From Styela clava (taxonomy: Eukaryota): a stretch of DNA of 64,000 nt. The notes under the pieces are model-generated. The model saw only the letters and a program-made list of their open reading frames with translations. It was not told the origin of the DNA and did no database searches. The stretch is from contig NC_135262.1 in NCBI RefSeq assembly GCF_964204865.1, positions 8,990,001 through 9,054,000 on the forward strand, written 5' to 3'. Shown piece by piece: positions 27,241 to 44,956 of this stretch (positions are counted from its first letter, which is position 1; each line of letters opens with the position of its first letter). A program made the position numbers and the translations under genes.

Positions 27241-29728
27241 TCACAAAAATAATGGAGAATACAAAATGCAATTAGGAATAAAATCAAAATATTTTAACGC
27301 ATCTAAACATTTTTGGTATTTTTTCTTTAATTCATCAATATTGCTTCCGACTGTTTCGAATTCGAACGGTATATCGGCAATCTTTGACTTCCATGCGCTA
27401 ACATGAGGATAGTTTTTGAAGTTAAATTTTGCAACATCAAGAAGACAAATTGTGACGTAACAGAAGAAATCTGAACAAAAAACAAAAATATGACGACTCA
27501 AATAAAAATATGCAATTCAAGAGTCCTGCTGCACACTAACACAAATATATTTCTGTAACGTTTCGTCTGACCAAAATCAGACTTCCTCAGACAAGCAGTT
27601 TACAACAACTTGTTTACAACAACTTGGCTTGTTGTAAACTGCTTGTCTGAGGAAGTCTGATTTTGGTCAGACGAAACGTTACAGAAATATATTTGTGTTA
27701 GTGTGCAGCAGGACTCTTGAATTGCATATTATGATATTTTATTCCTGCTACAGCATCCTTGCATTACATGCATACGGATCCACTAGCGCAAATGCATAGA
27801 GAAAGGATTGGGAGTTAGTCTCGCGCAACCTCTACTGATCGTCAAATAAAAATGTCTCTGAAAGTTTTGAATAGAATTTGTCAAGCTAACTCTAGTCGGC
27901 ATTATCCAAAATATATTTGCAGTTGCACCTATTTAATTTCTGATAATGTAATCTATTTCAATATACGTATATATATACATTTCTACTTTTTATGCCTTGA
28001 CGAATCACGGGCACTTATTTTGTTTGAAATATGTCTAAACCTACGGTACGTATTTTAATTAGAAAGAATATTCGCCAACTTTTTCTGTACACAGTTTTGT
28101 AAAGCTGTTTTTTTCGTAGTATCGTAAGGCTTTGTGACTGGGGTACTTTGAACCTCCAATCCCGATAACAATTTGGAACAAGAACTAAGCATGGGCACTT
28201 AGACAGCGTCATTGCAGATCTGAATTTTCTCATGAATACAAATTTAATTTAGCGTTATACGTCAAATTTCTCATGTTGTCATAGACTTCAATCCAAAATT
28301 GCCAGGGAAACCGCGCATTAATTTTGATGACAAGCGATTTCAAGTATCCTATTGAATTCCGAGAAAGACCTGCTACTGATTCCTTCAATATCGAAAACAC
28401 TTAATTTACAACGTTAGAATGGTACTACTGTCAGAGAATCGATTCCTGTGTAATTGCCCAAAATAAAGGCACGTTTAAAAGCGACCCCTCTGATATCAAT
28501 AATCATTTTATGAATAGATAGAAAAAAATGTTTAGCAGTTGTACACTTGACCAGATACATTCATAAAATATCTGTCAGATATAAATATAAAATTGATCTT
28601 GTTCATGTGTGGTAAAATACATTTATTCCTTAGTCCCTTTTTAGAAATCATGAGTTTTTGTCTGCATATTGCGAACGAGTTTCCTATGCCTCCACAATTA
28701 GTGGATGTGGTCTTTAGTTTCTACGATCCGCTAGAATAAACGAAGACACCATACCTGCAACTGTTAGTTCCTCATATGCAATGTAATGATGTTCGGATAA
28801 TTTTTTCTCGTATTGTGAAACAATCTGCTTGACTGTGTTTAGATGTTCGTTATTTAGCCATTGTCCTTCGTTCAGTACTTCGTCGATGTTCTACAAAGCA
28901 TGAATATATTACTACTAATCTCGAATCGACTTAAAAAAACTCTTATAAAAACATTTATTCTTCTCGAGACTGTGTAGCTGATGTCAGTCAAATATATACA
29001 TATAACAAAACGCATTCGATTTTTCATAAAATTTGACTTGTCTCAATGCTAAGAATTAGTACTTGATAAATATATTCTTCGTGAAAGTAAATTAGTATAT
29101 ATATCAAGGACATTCTATGTTTACATAGATTGTCTAAGATTTCTAGTGCTTGACTAACCAAATATGACAAAACTTTTCTTCTTGCTTCCAAATCAATGTA
29201 CATCATCATATCAACCAATCCTCGCTTTTCAACATCTTCGGGATACAATCCAGTATTTCTTGTTTGAGATCCATATTTGTTACACAAGTATGTAGCGATT
29301 GCACGGCTTAACAAATAATATATAATAATAAAACGGAAATAGGTGTTTTTATATGATTGATGAAGGAAAATAAAATATCACAAATTCAGTGAACAACAAC
29401 TATATGATTTCAATAGACTTTTTGTACGATCACGATACTTTTTGTACAGTTTGGTTACTAAGTTATTCGGGTAACCCTACGTAAGCATACTTTTTTATCA
29501 GTATATATAAAATACTATAGAATCTATCACAACTACTAGAACCTACCTTTCAGATAGTACAAAATTGCCATCACGGATAGCGGGAATCCGTTGAGCGGAC
29601 TTTTTTTGAAAAATACCATTCGATAGTTCTTGATCCACTTTAATATATTTTAAGCCAAGTGCCTCCATAGTGAACTGTACTGGCCAACATTCAGGGTCAT
29701 TTTGGTTTGTTAAAAATTCCATTGACAT
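27241..29728 (-). CDS. Divergent GST-fold protein (GST-F), catalytic Ser replaced by Asp; exons 29728-29547, 29306-29159, 28890-28755, 27470-27241
   Basis: MSMEFLTNQNDPECWPV...QRIPAIRDGNFVLSE/SRAIATYL...ELTVA/DFFCY...YPHVSAWKS. Open throughout; exon 2 is 148 nt as in all six paralogues. Confidence 0.88.
27507..27841. mobile_element. Penelope-like element remnant: 102-bp perfect inverted repeat (27507-27608 / 27629-27730) plus tail, flanked by a 12-bp direct repeat
   Basis: The arms are exact reverse complements around a 20-bp spacer. TCAAATAAAAAT occurs at 27498-27509 and 27842-27853 (putative target-site duplication). Each arm contains a hammerhead core. Confidence 0.7.
27643..27684 (+). 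ncRNA. Minimal type-I hammerhead ribozyme motif (mirror copy on - strand at 27553-27594)
   Basis: TTGT-CTGAGGA-A-GTCTGA[TTTTGG]TCAGAC-GAAAC-GTT-ACAG: CUGANGA and GAAA cores, 6-bp stem II, short stem I (UGU/ACA) and palindromic AACGUU in place of stem III. Confidence 0.65.
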
Positions 29729-31733
29729 TTTTATTTTAACAAAATATTCAGAAATACGCCTTAGAAGAACAAATTTAACTCGTCTAGAACCAAACCACCA
29801 ACAATTAATTGTGGTACAATACTTGAAAATCTTATTATCTGGTCTATATGTGTCCAGGTAGATTGACGTAACGGACGAAGCATTTATCATGAATTTAGCA
29901 ATCAATCAATAGTCAATAGTTTACCGTTAGATTAATAGATTGATGACAAGCATGATTGGTTGATAACGTAAGTCATTTACACTTGTGCTTTATACTCACC
30001 GGTCTTGGCATAAGCTGAATTACACTTCATCTTCAGTTTCCCTCTATGACAGAAGATGCAAATTATTAAAATTATTTTCTTTGTTTTGTACTATGTTATC
30101 TTATGACTTTTGACAGGCATTTCAGTTCCAATTTTAGATATCTGAGACGTGACTTGAAAATTTCAGACAACATTACGTCAACCTGATTGATGACATCAAG
30201 TTATTAAATTGACTACAGAATAATCACGATGGTCTACAAAAGATAAATTTACGATGGAAAATGAGCTTTGCTTAATGATGTGTAGGATTTACTGCATATA
30301 TTATTTTGAATTAATTAAATTTTTGCAGTTCTGTGTTATTCTTCGTTATGACAATGAGTGAGTAAGTAGTTCACAAGGTCTTCTAATTACTCTCTACTTT
30401 CAAATATATAAAAATAAAAGATTGGCTGGCGGATTTTTCCCGCATGCTGAAACTTATTATTAACACGGTGTATCCATTTACTTCATTGAAAGCAATATTG
30501 TAATTTTGGTAATAAAATTGAATTTCATTCCCAACATCTTCCGTATAATGTCAGGAATATCTATCTCCAGGCGGAATCGCATGTAAAATCTGTGGGATTA
30601 TTAGCAGTTCCTTAAAATGGACAGTATTTGATAGAGGATAATTTTATCAAAATGCGAATGCCAATTTATTATCTCAAAAGAAGATAATTTTTCTAATAAC
30701 TTACGTATTGATTTAAAAATAGATCGTGATACCGGAACACTGTACTGGAAATGGATTTTACAACCACATGATTTGAAAGCGGTAATGGGGACCACAATTG
30801 TTGAATGTAATAATTGAATGATTTTCTCGTTTTTAAATATAAGGAATATAAATAAATTTTTTCACAATGTCGAAATTCAATGAGTGAAATTTTTATTTGT
30901 CTTTCACAAGCTGTAATATTTCTATATGCAGCTTGTGTAATGTTAAAAATGATTGCAATATTAAATGAAGAAATTTACGTTAGCGCTTCTATCTTGAGTT
31001 GAACTCATAACATGTCATAGATAGAAAAATTCCAATTCCCAACATGCCATAGTGGTTACTTTCGATTTGTAATCCCTAATACCAATTGACTCCCACGGGA
31101 TTTGTGTGTTTGTCAAGTAGATACGTTATAGATTCCATTCTCGTTCATCGATGGGCTGGACTTAAATTCAGTTTTCAGACGAGTTTATAAATATGCCAAA
31201 CCAAATACACTCATAGAAAATCTTATGTTGACCGTTAGGATTGGATAACCGCAAAAACAGAAACTCCGAAATGGCCTGATTACCGGTTTCGGGTCCTAAT
31301 TAAATATAACTTATTGACTTACTCCTAAAAGAGCATGTAGTACACAAATAAGATCCATCTAAATTATGCCAGATCTGGGTCAACACGGTATTTCCCAAGA
31401 AAACATGTAAACAGGTTTTTTGATTTGATAACAGTCGGTAAGTATATCATGATTCGACGTTGCAAAGATGTTTCAGTCTGAAAGTGAGTAGTACTGCTCC
31501 GCAATCAAACTGTAAACTCGGTATTTTATGTAGTAGGTTATTGTTGCTTGATTCAATAGCAATACTGATGTGATTAGTTGAATGAACATTTCTAGAGCAT
31601 TCTGTTTGTGTATATCCAAGTATTGTTACCGATATTCTTATTCAATTTGTGCTTCCTTGGTTTTAGCAGTTCAAAGACGACGAAGATATTATTCCGCTGA
31701 AATTATATATAGATAATTAACGAGCCATTCAAT

Positions 31734-38088
<6,355 letters not shown>

Positions 38089-38811
38089 ATTTTTATCGTT
38101 CAACAGGAGTGAAATGAAAAACGACTTTTTTAATCTTTTGTCCATTGACAACATTTCGATAATTTGAGTGTACTTGAATTATGTGTACATGTACTCCATT
38201 AATAATTTCATTATTAAAACAGAAAATAAATATTGAAAATGATAAGAATGTGTGTGAAAAGTGTAAGAATTCGAAGAAGCTCTGTCAATCAATTTTTTAT
38301 ACGTTGCAAAAAGGTCAAAAGTGCTAAAACATACACATTCACTACACAAAGTCATTAAATGTCTAAAATGGTATATTGAGTTGCAAAATACTGATTAACG
38401 AGACGAAATTTTTGGAAAATGACACCTCATTATAATTAGTGTCGGCTTTCATTTCAATAGCTGAATCAAATGCAAACCCAATTGAAAAACAATGTGTTTT
38501 GTGAAATATCTGTTATTTCGAGTGTTGTATGTATAAGTTACAATTTCCAGAAAACACTAATGACACGACAAAAGCGGAATCCATGTTGCATTATCCGCAG
38601 CTGTCGTAAACCCCCTCTGATGATGACTCCCTCCACCCCCTCCCTGACCTGTTGGCACGTGTTAGGATGTCAATGCGAGATAGTATATATATACTGATAT
38701 TGGGAATGAGTATATATATGTACCTTCTTTTTATTCAATGATTAAAAGTTTTTCAAACTATGTCACAAACATTAACATTAGAAAAATACACTGCAAACAT
38801 ATATTACCGTT

Positions 38812-39313
38812 CGACAAGATGAACTTTTAATATACTAATATCAAGCTTAGTGATTTTAGTGAAACCTAACAAGTAATACGAACCTTGCAAATTTGAATTG
38901 CTCGTATGATTTTATGTATTTTATCGAGAAAGACGATACAAATTAAAACGAGCATGAAATGTGAGCATTTCTAGAACTTTGCTCGACATATTCAAATAAA
39001 AAATATTTTTTATTACGTGTTGACTAATTTTTCCTGGAGCAACAACCACAAAAACACGTTATACACGTTGGACAAAATGAACTTTTAATATACCAATATT
39101 AAGCTTAGTGATTTTAGTGAAACCTAAAAAGTATTACAAACCTTGCAAATTTGAATAGCTCCTATGATTTTATGTATTTTATCGAGAAAGACGATACAAA
39201 ATAAAACGAACATGAAATGTGAGCATTTGTTGAAATTCGCTCGACATATTCAAATAGAATTTTTTTTATTACGTGTTTACTAATTCTTCCTGGAGAAACA
39301 ACCACAAAAACAC
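38812..39313. repeat. Two-copy tandem repeat, period ~258 bp
   Basis: GAACTTTTAATATAC..ATAT.AAGCTTAGTGATTTTAGTGAAACCTAA at 38821 and 39079; similarity runs to ACAACCACAAAAACAC. Confidence 0.9.
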
Positions 39314-40482
39314 ATTAAAAAAATTCAATAAACTTTGAAGCAAACAGGAAATTACACATTTCTAACTTGATTATTGCTAGACTCTTGCGTTCTTGGTAAA
39401 AACGAAGACGGGAAAATATGCATTTAGACAAGAGAGAAAACCAAGAGTCTAGTATTTGGAAATTGCAACAGTTTCATGATGTTAAGGAATATATGGAGCC
39501 TATATATGGAGATGTTAAGGAATACGTGGAGCCTGACGCGTTAAAGTGTCATGTTCCTAATTAAATATACTTCGTATTTGTGGTGTTTATTACATTCAGC
39601 ATTTAATAGCGAATAAATCTTATTAATAACAATATTATTTTATCACTAGAAAACTTATATAAACTGTTCTTGTTTGCCATCTGACTACTTCGTCGCAGTA
39701 TAAGACATTGCTACAACATTTGGTTAATAAAACATTGTCGTTGTACAACGTATTTAATGATTTTATATTTAACGTATATAGTGATTTTTATTTAACGTAT
39801 ATAACGATTTCCCATATTTCAAAATGCTATTTTTTTTAATTAAGAGTTATATACAAGTATACAAGTCTTGAAGCTCCAAGTTAGGTGTCAAATTCAAGCA
39901 ATTTTTTCGAGTAGTAGGCCTACTCTCGAATTAAGTGTAAATTGAATCACTGCTTCTTTGAGCGACGAGTCCAAGTAGATTTGATAAATAACGATGAAAC
40001 GAATAAAAGTGAGATTCACAGATTCACTGTAAATATGAAAAAAAATCCATCTTGCGTTAATCAAGAAATATCCATATGTTTAGTTGATTTTTATTTCTTT
40101 AAATAAAATATTTTTAGGCTTCATGACTCAGGTACCTTCAAGATTTAGCAAAATGTCACTCAGATTTGACTCTAGTCGAGTTAAGCTACAGAGCCTCACC
40201 AAAACTGTTACTTTTAAACAATTGCTATACTTTCCTAATTTCTGTTTTGAGCTTTTTGTATAAAACTTATAAAATAATATCTCGGAAATTCGATGAAATT
40301 AGTTTTCAAAAACAGTAAAACAATATTGAAAATAAAAATTGTAAGTCAGAAAATAGTATAATTAATCACAAAAAACAAGTGTTTTATTCGTATCATGTTA
40401 TAGTCTGTGATCATCATAGTGATATTAATATAGTGTAATTTTAACATAACCAAGTTTATTTAAAATTCACAAGAAAGTCACG

Positions 40483-41400
40483 ATGATTTCATTTTTAGCA
40501 ATTGCAATTTTGAGTGTCAGCAGCTCATTGGCTACTGATGGTGAGTTACATTGTTCTACTTTGAATATTTAATTTAGTCGAAGAGTTAGGCTATATAAAA
40601 CAGTATGCTTTTTCTATCAAGCTGTTATTAAAATTCTATCTTTTTTTTCATTTGTTTTAGGACTGTCAGAAGTTTGTGAATTTGTATCCCCGACGAATCA
40701 AGAATTCTGCTACTGGACTGAAGTTCACCAAACTTGGGATACGACGTATGCCCTCGCCCAGGAAATCTGCGAATTGAAAGGATCCAGTCTGGCGGTAATA
40801 AGAGATGAAGCAACATATCAGGCAATCATGGAAAATTTGAGAGAGAAAATCCCCGATTATTGGAACACCTTGTACGCATGGATTGGTAATACGTTTAATC
40901 CGGAGGTAGGTATAGATTACTAAAACAATCATTAAAATTTTCTCAGTTTTTCTGTTTAAAACCGCAGCTATAAATAAAGTACCTATACGCAATAAAATAC
41001 GTTGGCTTGTTTTATTAGTGTTGATGTGACAGTTGTGTTGCTCTATTTTGCTTAATTATATTATAGTAGCCCATAACAAAAAATAAATGTAGACTATATG
41101 TATCAAAGTCCCTGATTGAATTTAATGATTTGATGGAGTTCCTTTAAGTTCCACGATATCGTGAATGGTATTTTTCTTAATATTTTTTTGATTTATTTGG
41201 TTTAGACAAGAACTGTACTTCCTTCTAATTCTTACATCAAATGGTATCCAATAAACGAGCCGAGAACAGAATCCGAATCTTACGACAATTTTTTCTTGCA
41301 CCTCTACGTACAGCGTGATCCTGAGAGTGAGTTGCAAGGGATGGGCAACGTCTATCCAGAGTTTCTGTGGCCAGCTGTAGTTTGCGAATATAAACTGTGA
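40483..41400 (+). CDS. Secreted single-domain C-type lectin-like protein (165 aa); exons 40483-40540, 40661-40905, 41206-41400
   Basis: Signal peptide MISFLAIAILSVSSSLA, then CYW...YALAQEICELKGSSLAVI...AWIG...WYPINEPR...VVCEY*. Not visible in the ORF track but in frame after splicing. Confidence 0.88.
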
Positions 41401-41864
41401 AAGATAATTTTGCTGCATAAGTATTATGAGATATAGATAAGATATAGATACTTAATTTAAATAAATTAATCAAAATACAAAAATTATAAAGGGAGCGTTT
41501 GAAATTGTGAGAACATTGGATGTGGCAAAAACGTGACAAAACGTAACATAGTATATTGAACCAATTGTAGCTAGTATTTTGACTACTTAAACTCAAAATT
41601 TTATCAGCAATTTATTCTCCTCCCATATAGAACAAGAGACAAATCTGATGAAATATATTAGCAAATTAATTTAATTCTGCCTATGTTAATTATTAATTTT
41701 GTTGGCCTATTTCCATTGTTTAACGATTGCATGCTTTTGATTGTATGAAAGATTTTTGGAATGAAGAAAAAAATATAAATTGGCTAAAAATGTACAATGC
41801 CTGTTTGTATTGGGAATGAAACATTGTTGGGGAGAAGTTCTTAACCCCACAGTCTAGTCGAGAG

Positions 41865-41950
41865 CAGGGGTGTGCAATCTGCGGCCCCGGGCAAAATTTG
41901 TTTGGCCCGCGGTCAGGTGCCAATTTTGAATGGTGTGCTGCCCGCGAAAC
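41865..41950 (+). mobile_element. hAT (Charlie-like) MITE end fragment
   Basis: CAGGGGTGTGCAATCTGCGGCCCCGGGC...TGGCCCGCGG, typical of hAT termini; no matching far end seen. Confidence 0.45.
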
Positions 41951-42084
41951 GAGTTTTTAATTTAGTTCAATCTGGTACGTGCTAGTAATTCCAATATCTT
42001 TGCGTTACAAAGAATATACCTGAGTCAAATTTAGTACTATGCCCATAACATTACAATAACCGACAACTAGGTTGTGCAAGTTAA

Positions 42085-43912
42085 TCACTCGAAGTCATAG
42101 TCAGAGCCATATCAATAAGTTGGCTCGAGTCACACCGAATCTTTGATAAATGATAATTCAAATCCAACTTGAGTGAAGACAATGAAAAACTTGGTCACCA
42201 CTGGAACAAAATGTTCGTTTTCCAAATATTGACTGGATTGGAAGCAAGCTCGACTTCATATTAATATAATCTTCTTCGATAGGAAAAATTCACTCCCCTC
42301 TGTCCGTCGGTTCTCTTTTAATTCAGCATCATGGCCATTAACAGTTTATAGAGAAATATAATCTATGTTTAATGTTACCATTGATGACCTAACAAGGTAC
42401 TTGTTAAGGTATCAATGATGCCACCATGGAACCGCCACACGGTGCGCAATTTTAATTTCGATTGTGTCATCACAAAAACCTAATAGGAAAAAATAATCTT
42501 CTGAAGCTCCTATGCAACCCACGCATTCTTATCTCTGGCCTAGACTACCCATACAAGACGGGAAATGCATGTATCCAACATGTATCTTATATCCCCAACA
42601 GGTCACTAGGTTGGTTTTAGTTTTCTGGTCAAAAATGACATTTGTAATTTTGTTTCTTGAAAATTATGGTGAAGAAGCTGGCTTTTTCAAAGTGGGCATT
42701 CAATTAGTGAACACATTAGCTTTGAGCAAAGCAACTTTGCTAAAACGCGTCATTTAAGTTCCATTTGCTTGTGCAATATCGCGATACTCTAGCCTCGAGT
42801 TGGCCAATCCATGAAGTGAAAATAACACGAACTGACCATTTCTTTGTTTTTGGCCTTGGTCCTGTACTGTAAAATGAAAACGTTTATTTTTTACATTCTC
42901 TTTATATTCACGTTTTACACCAGAACACACATTGGTATTTTACAAAGATGGTTCTTTCTACCATATTCCAGCTCGTACCCCATCAATAATAAACCTATTT
43001 TACTATATGGAACTCTGAAATTGATTTTTCATATTCTCTGCCTATAATAATATAAGTCAACAACATTTTGGTAGAGTAAGTCATGTCACTGATACAAAAT
43101 GTGTTCAGTGCGGTCGGCGAAGCAGTTGGAGAACTCAGTGGAAAGAATAGAAAGATAAGTGAATTGGAGACTGAAAATGATCGAAAGCAAAATGAGATAA
43201 ATAATTTGAAGAGAAATCTGGCACGAAAACAAAGTGAGATACAGAATTTGGAAATAAACTTGGGACAAAAACAAAGTGAGATTGGAAGTCTGCAAATTGC
43301 ATTGGATAATGCGATGGAGAAAAACAAACTACAGCAAAAAGGCTTGGAAAAAACCTATAAACCCAACGGCTTTGTCAAAGCATGTTGTTGTTGCTGCCTC
43401 AAAAAATCGAGGTTTGCTGTAGTTCCACGTTGATACTGAACTAAGTCAAGGGGTAATTTATCACTATACAGGCAATTTAATAAATAGAGTTTACCTTATT
43501 TTTATCCCAATATTGTATTAATTACTCAGATTTGTAATTAAAAACCGAATGTCTCGGTTTATATATTTGTTAATTATTTGCTTCGCAAACATGTTTCATT
43601 TTAATATCGTTACAATTGTCATCATACATTACATTTAATAAATTGAAAAACAATTTTGTTACGTTGACTGTATGCACTTATCACCTTTAATTCAATAAAT
43701 GTGATTTTACCATTTCATAATTATATATATACAGTTATATTTCTTGATTTTGTTAAATTACGAATAAATACTATGTTTGTAACACAATGTCTGAAATTCT
43801 GTCCTGAAGAAACAGTGCTGATGTCGTGTTTAATTGAGTTTTATGATGTTCACAAGAATTTAATTTTATTTTGATTCTTGAAAGTTTTCACGCTTTGAAA
43901 TGAAGTCTGACG
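42085..43912 (+). repeat. Arm of inverted segmental duplication (partner 55758-57867, -) carrying one cysteine-cluster gene
   Basis: Continuous reverse-complement similarity from TCACTCGAA.TCA.AGTCAGAGCCATA to TTTGAAATGAAGTCTGACG. Confidence 0.92.
43083..43433 (+). CDS. Small coiled-coil protein with Cys cluster (family member 1, 116 aa)
   Basis: Uninterrupted ATG ORF with 14-aa repeats (xxKQ[NS]EIxxL) and LEKTYKPNGFVKACCCCC; four paralogues nearby; downstream AATAAA. Confidence 0.85.
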   Translation: MSLIQNVFSAVGEAVGELSGKNRKISELETENDRKQNEINNLKRNLARKQSEIQNLEINLGQKQSEIGSLQIALDNAMEKNKLQQKGLEKTYKPNGFVKACCCCCLKKSRFAVVPR

Positions 43913-44473
43913 TCAATGCAAAGGTCACTTTATCAATATATCTAGGTAATTTGATAAAGCACCCTATTGTGCGACTTATCATCAATGGACTAGGAGAAGT
44001 TATGTCAGGATTGAATTGCTAAACACGTTTAAAGTTTCCAAATTTTTTTCATCAGTATTCGTATAGTACAAAATCCTTTAATCATATTCTATTTCATATA
44101 GGCGTAATACGAATATATTTATTATGAGCATTAACAAAAACAAATGAAGATAACGTACAATAGTCTTACACATTCTCATTAATTCGATAAAAAAATCTAT
44201 CTCAGATTGTAAATGGTCTTTTTCAAATTATTTACTACTAGTCTCTGTTTTATTAAGAGTTTGCTGCAATCAAACGAATATATTTTTGTCAAAAAACATA
44301 TGACTTGAAAACAAAATTATATAACACATCACGTTGAATTTTCTGATCATGGAACAAGTTTAAAATATTAAGGTTTTATAAACTCGATTTTGTAGTATTT
44401 GTATAAATATATAAAAACACATTATTATAGGTTTCTGCATTATTGTACACAAGACTAATGTAAGACACGCTAA

Positions 44474-44956
44474 TTATTCTTGGCTTGGAGAATCCGCGGC
44501 TCCGCAACATTTGCATGGACACATCTTACCAAAACATCCCATTTTACAATTGTTTGAAGGGCACTTACAACAGCCTGTGTTGCAACAGTTATCAGGCAGT
44601 TTACAACAACTGCAACAATCATTTTTGGGGCAAAATTCACAGCAACAACATTGTTTCCTATCAGTTTCTCCTGTTTCTTCATCATTCTCAGCATTGCCTT
44701 CTTCACCATTCTTTAAACTTTGCTTTTCATGGTCAATCTCGTCGATCTTAACTCTTTGTACAAAACAGCAGCAAGTTTTTTTTATGAATCCGCGGATTTT
44801 CATCGATTTTCGTAAAGTAGATTGCAGTTGTTCGATTTCTTCTATTTGTCTTTCATATTTTTCTTTCAAGTCACTTAGTTCTTTCGCTGCTCCCGACATT
44901 TGCTCCACCATGCCGGCAGCTAGAAATCCAGCTGCGTCAATAACCAAATCAGCCAT
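44474..44956 (-). CDS. Small coiled-coil Cys-cluster protein with acidic linker and 20-Cys tail (member 2, 160 aa)
   Basis: LRKSMKIRGFIKKTCCC family motif; tail CCCCEFCPKNDCCSCCKLPDNCCNTGCCKCPSNNCKMGCFGKMCPCKCC. Confidence 0.85.
   Translation of the reverse strand: MADLVIDAAGFLAAGMVEQMSGAAKELSDLKEKYERQIEEIEQLQSTLRKSMKIRGFIKKTCCCFVQRVKIDEIDHEKQSLKNGEEGNAENDEETGETDRKQCCCCEFCPKNDCCSCCKLPDNCCNTGCCKCPSNNCKMGCFGKMCPCKCCGAADSPSQE

Noticed and set aside
27507-27730. Hairpin as a microRNA precursor or terminator
   Set aside because: Perfect 102-bp arms with a flanking direct repeat and hammerhead cores fit a retroelement remnant better.
39478-39803. Short two-copy repeats (GATGTTAAGGAATA..TGGAGCCT; TGATTTT..ATTTAACGTATATA)
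   Set aside because: Ordinary local slippage duplications; no repeat-spacer array, so not CRISPR-like.
42995-43327. Antisense ORF conserved in the duplicate (56342-56653)
   Set aside because: Conservation is explained by the recent duplication and by the sense-strand gene.
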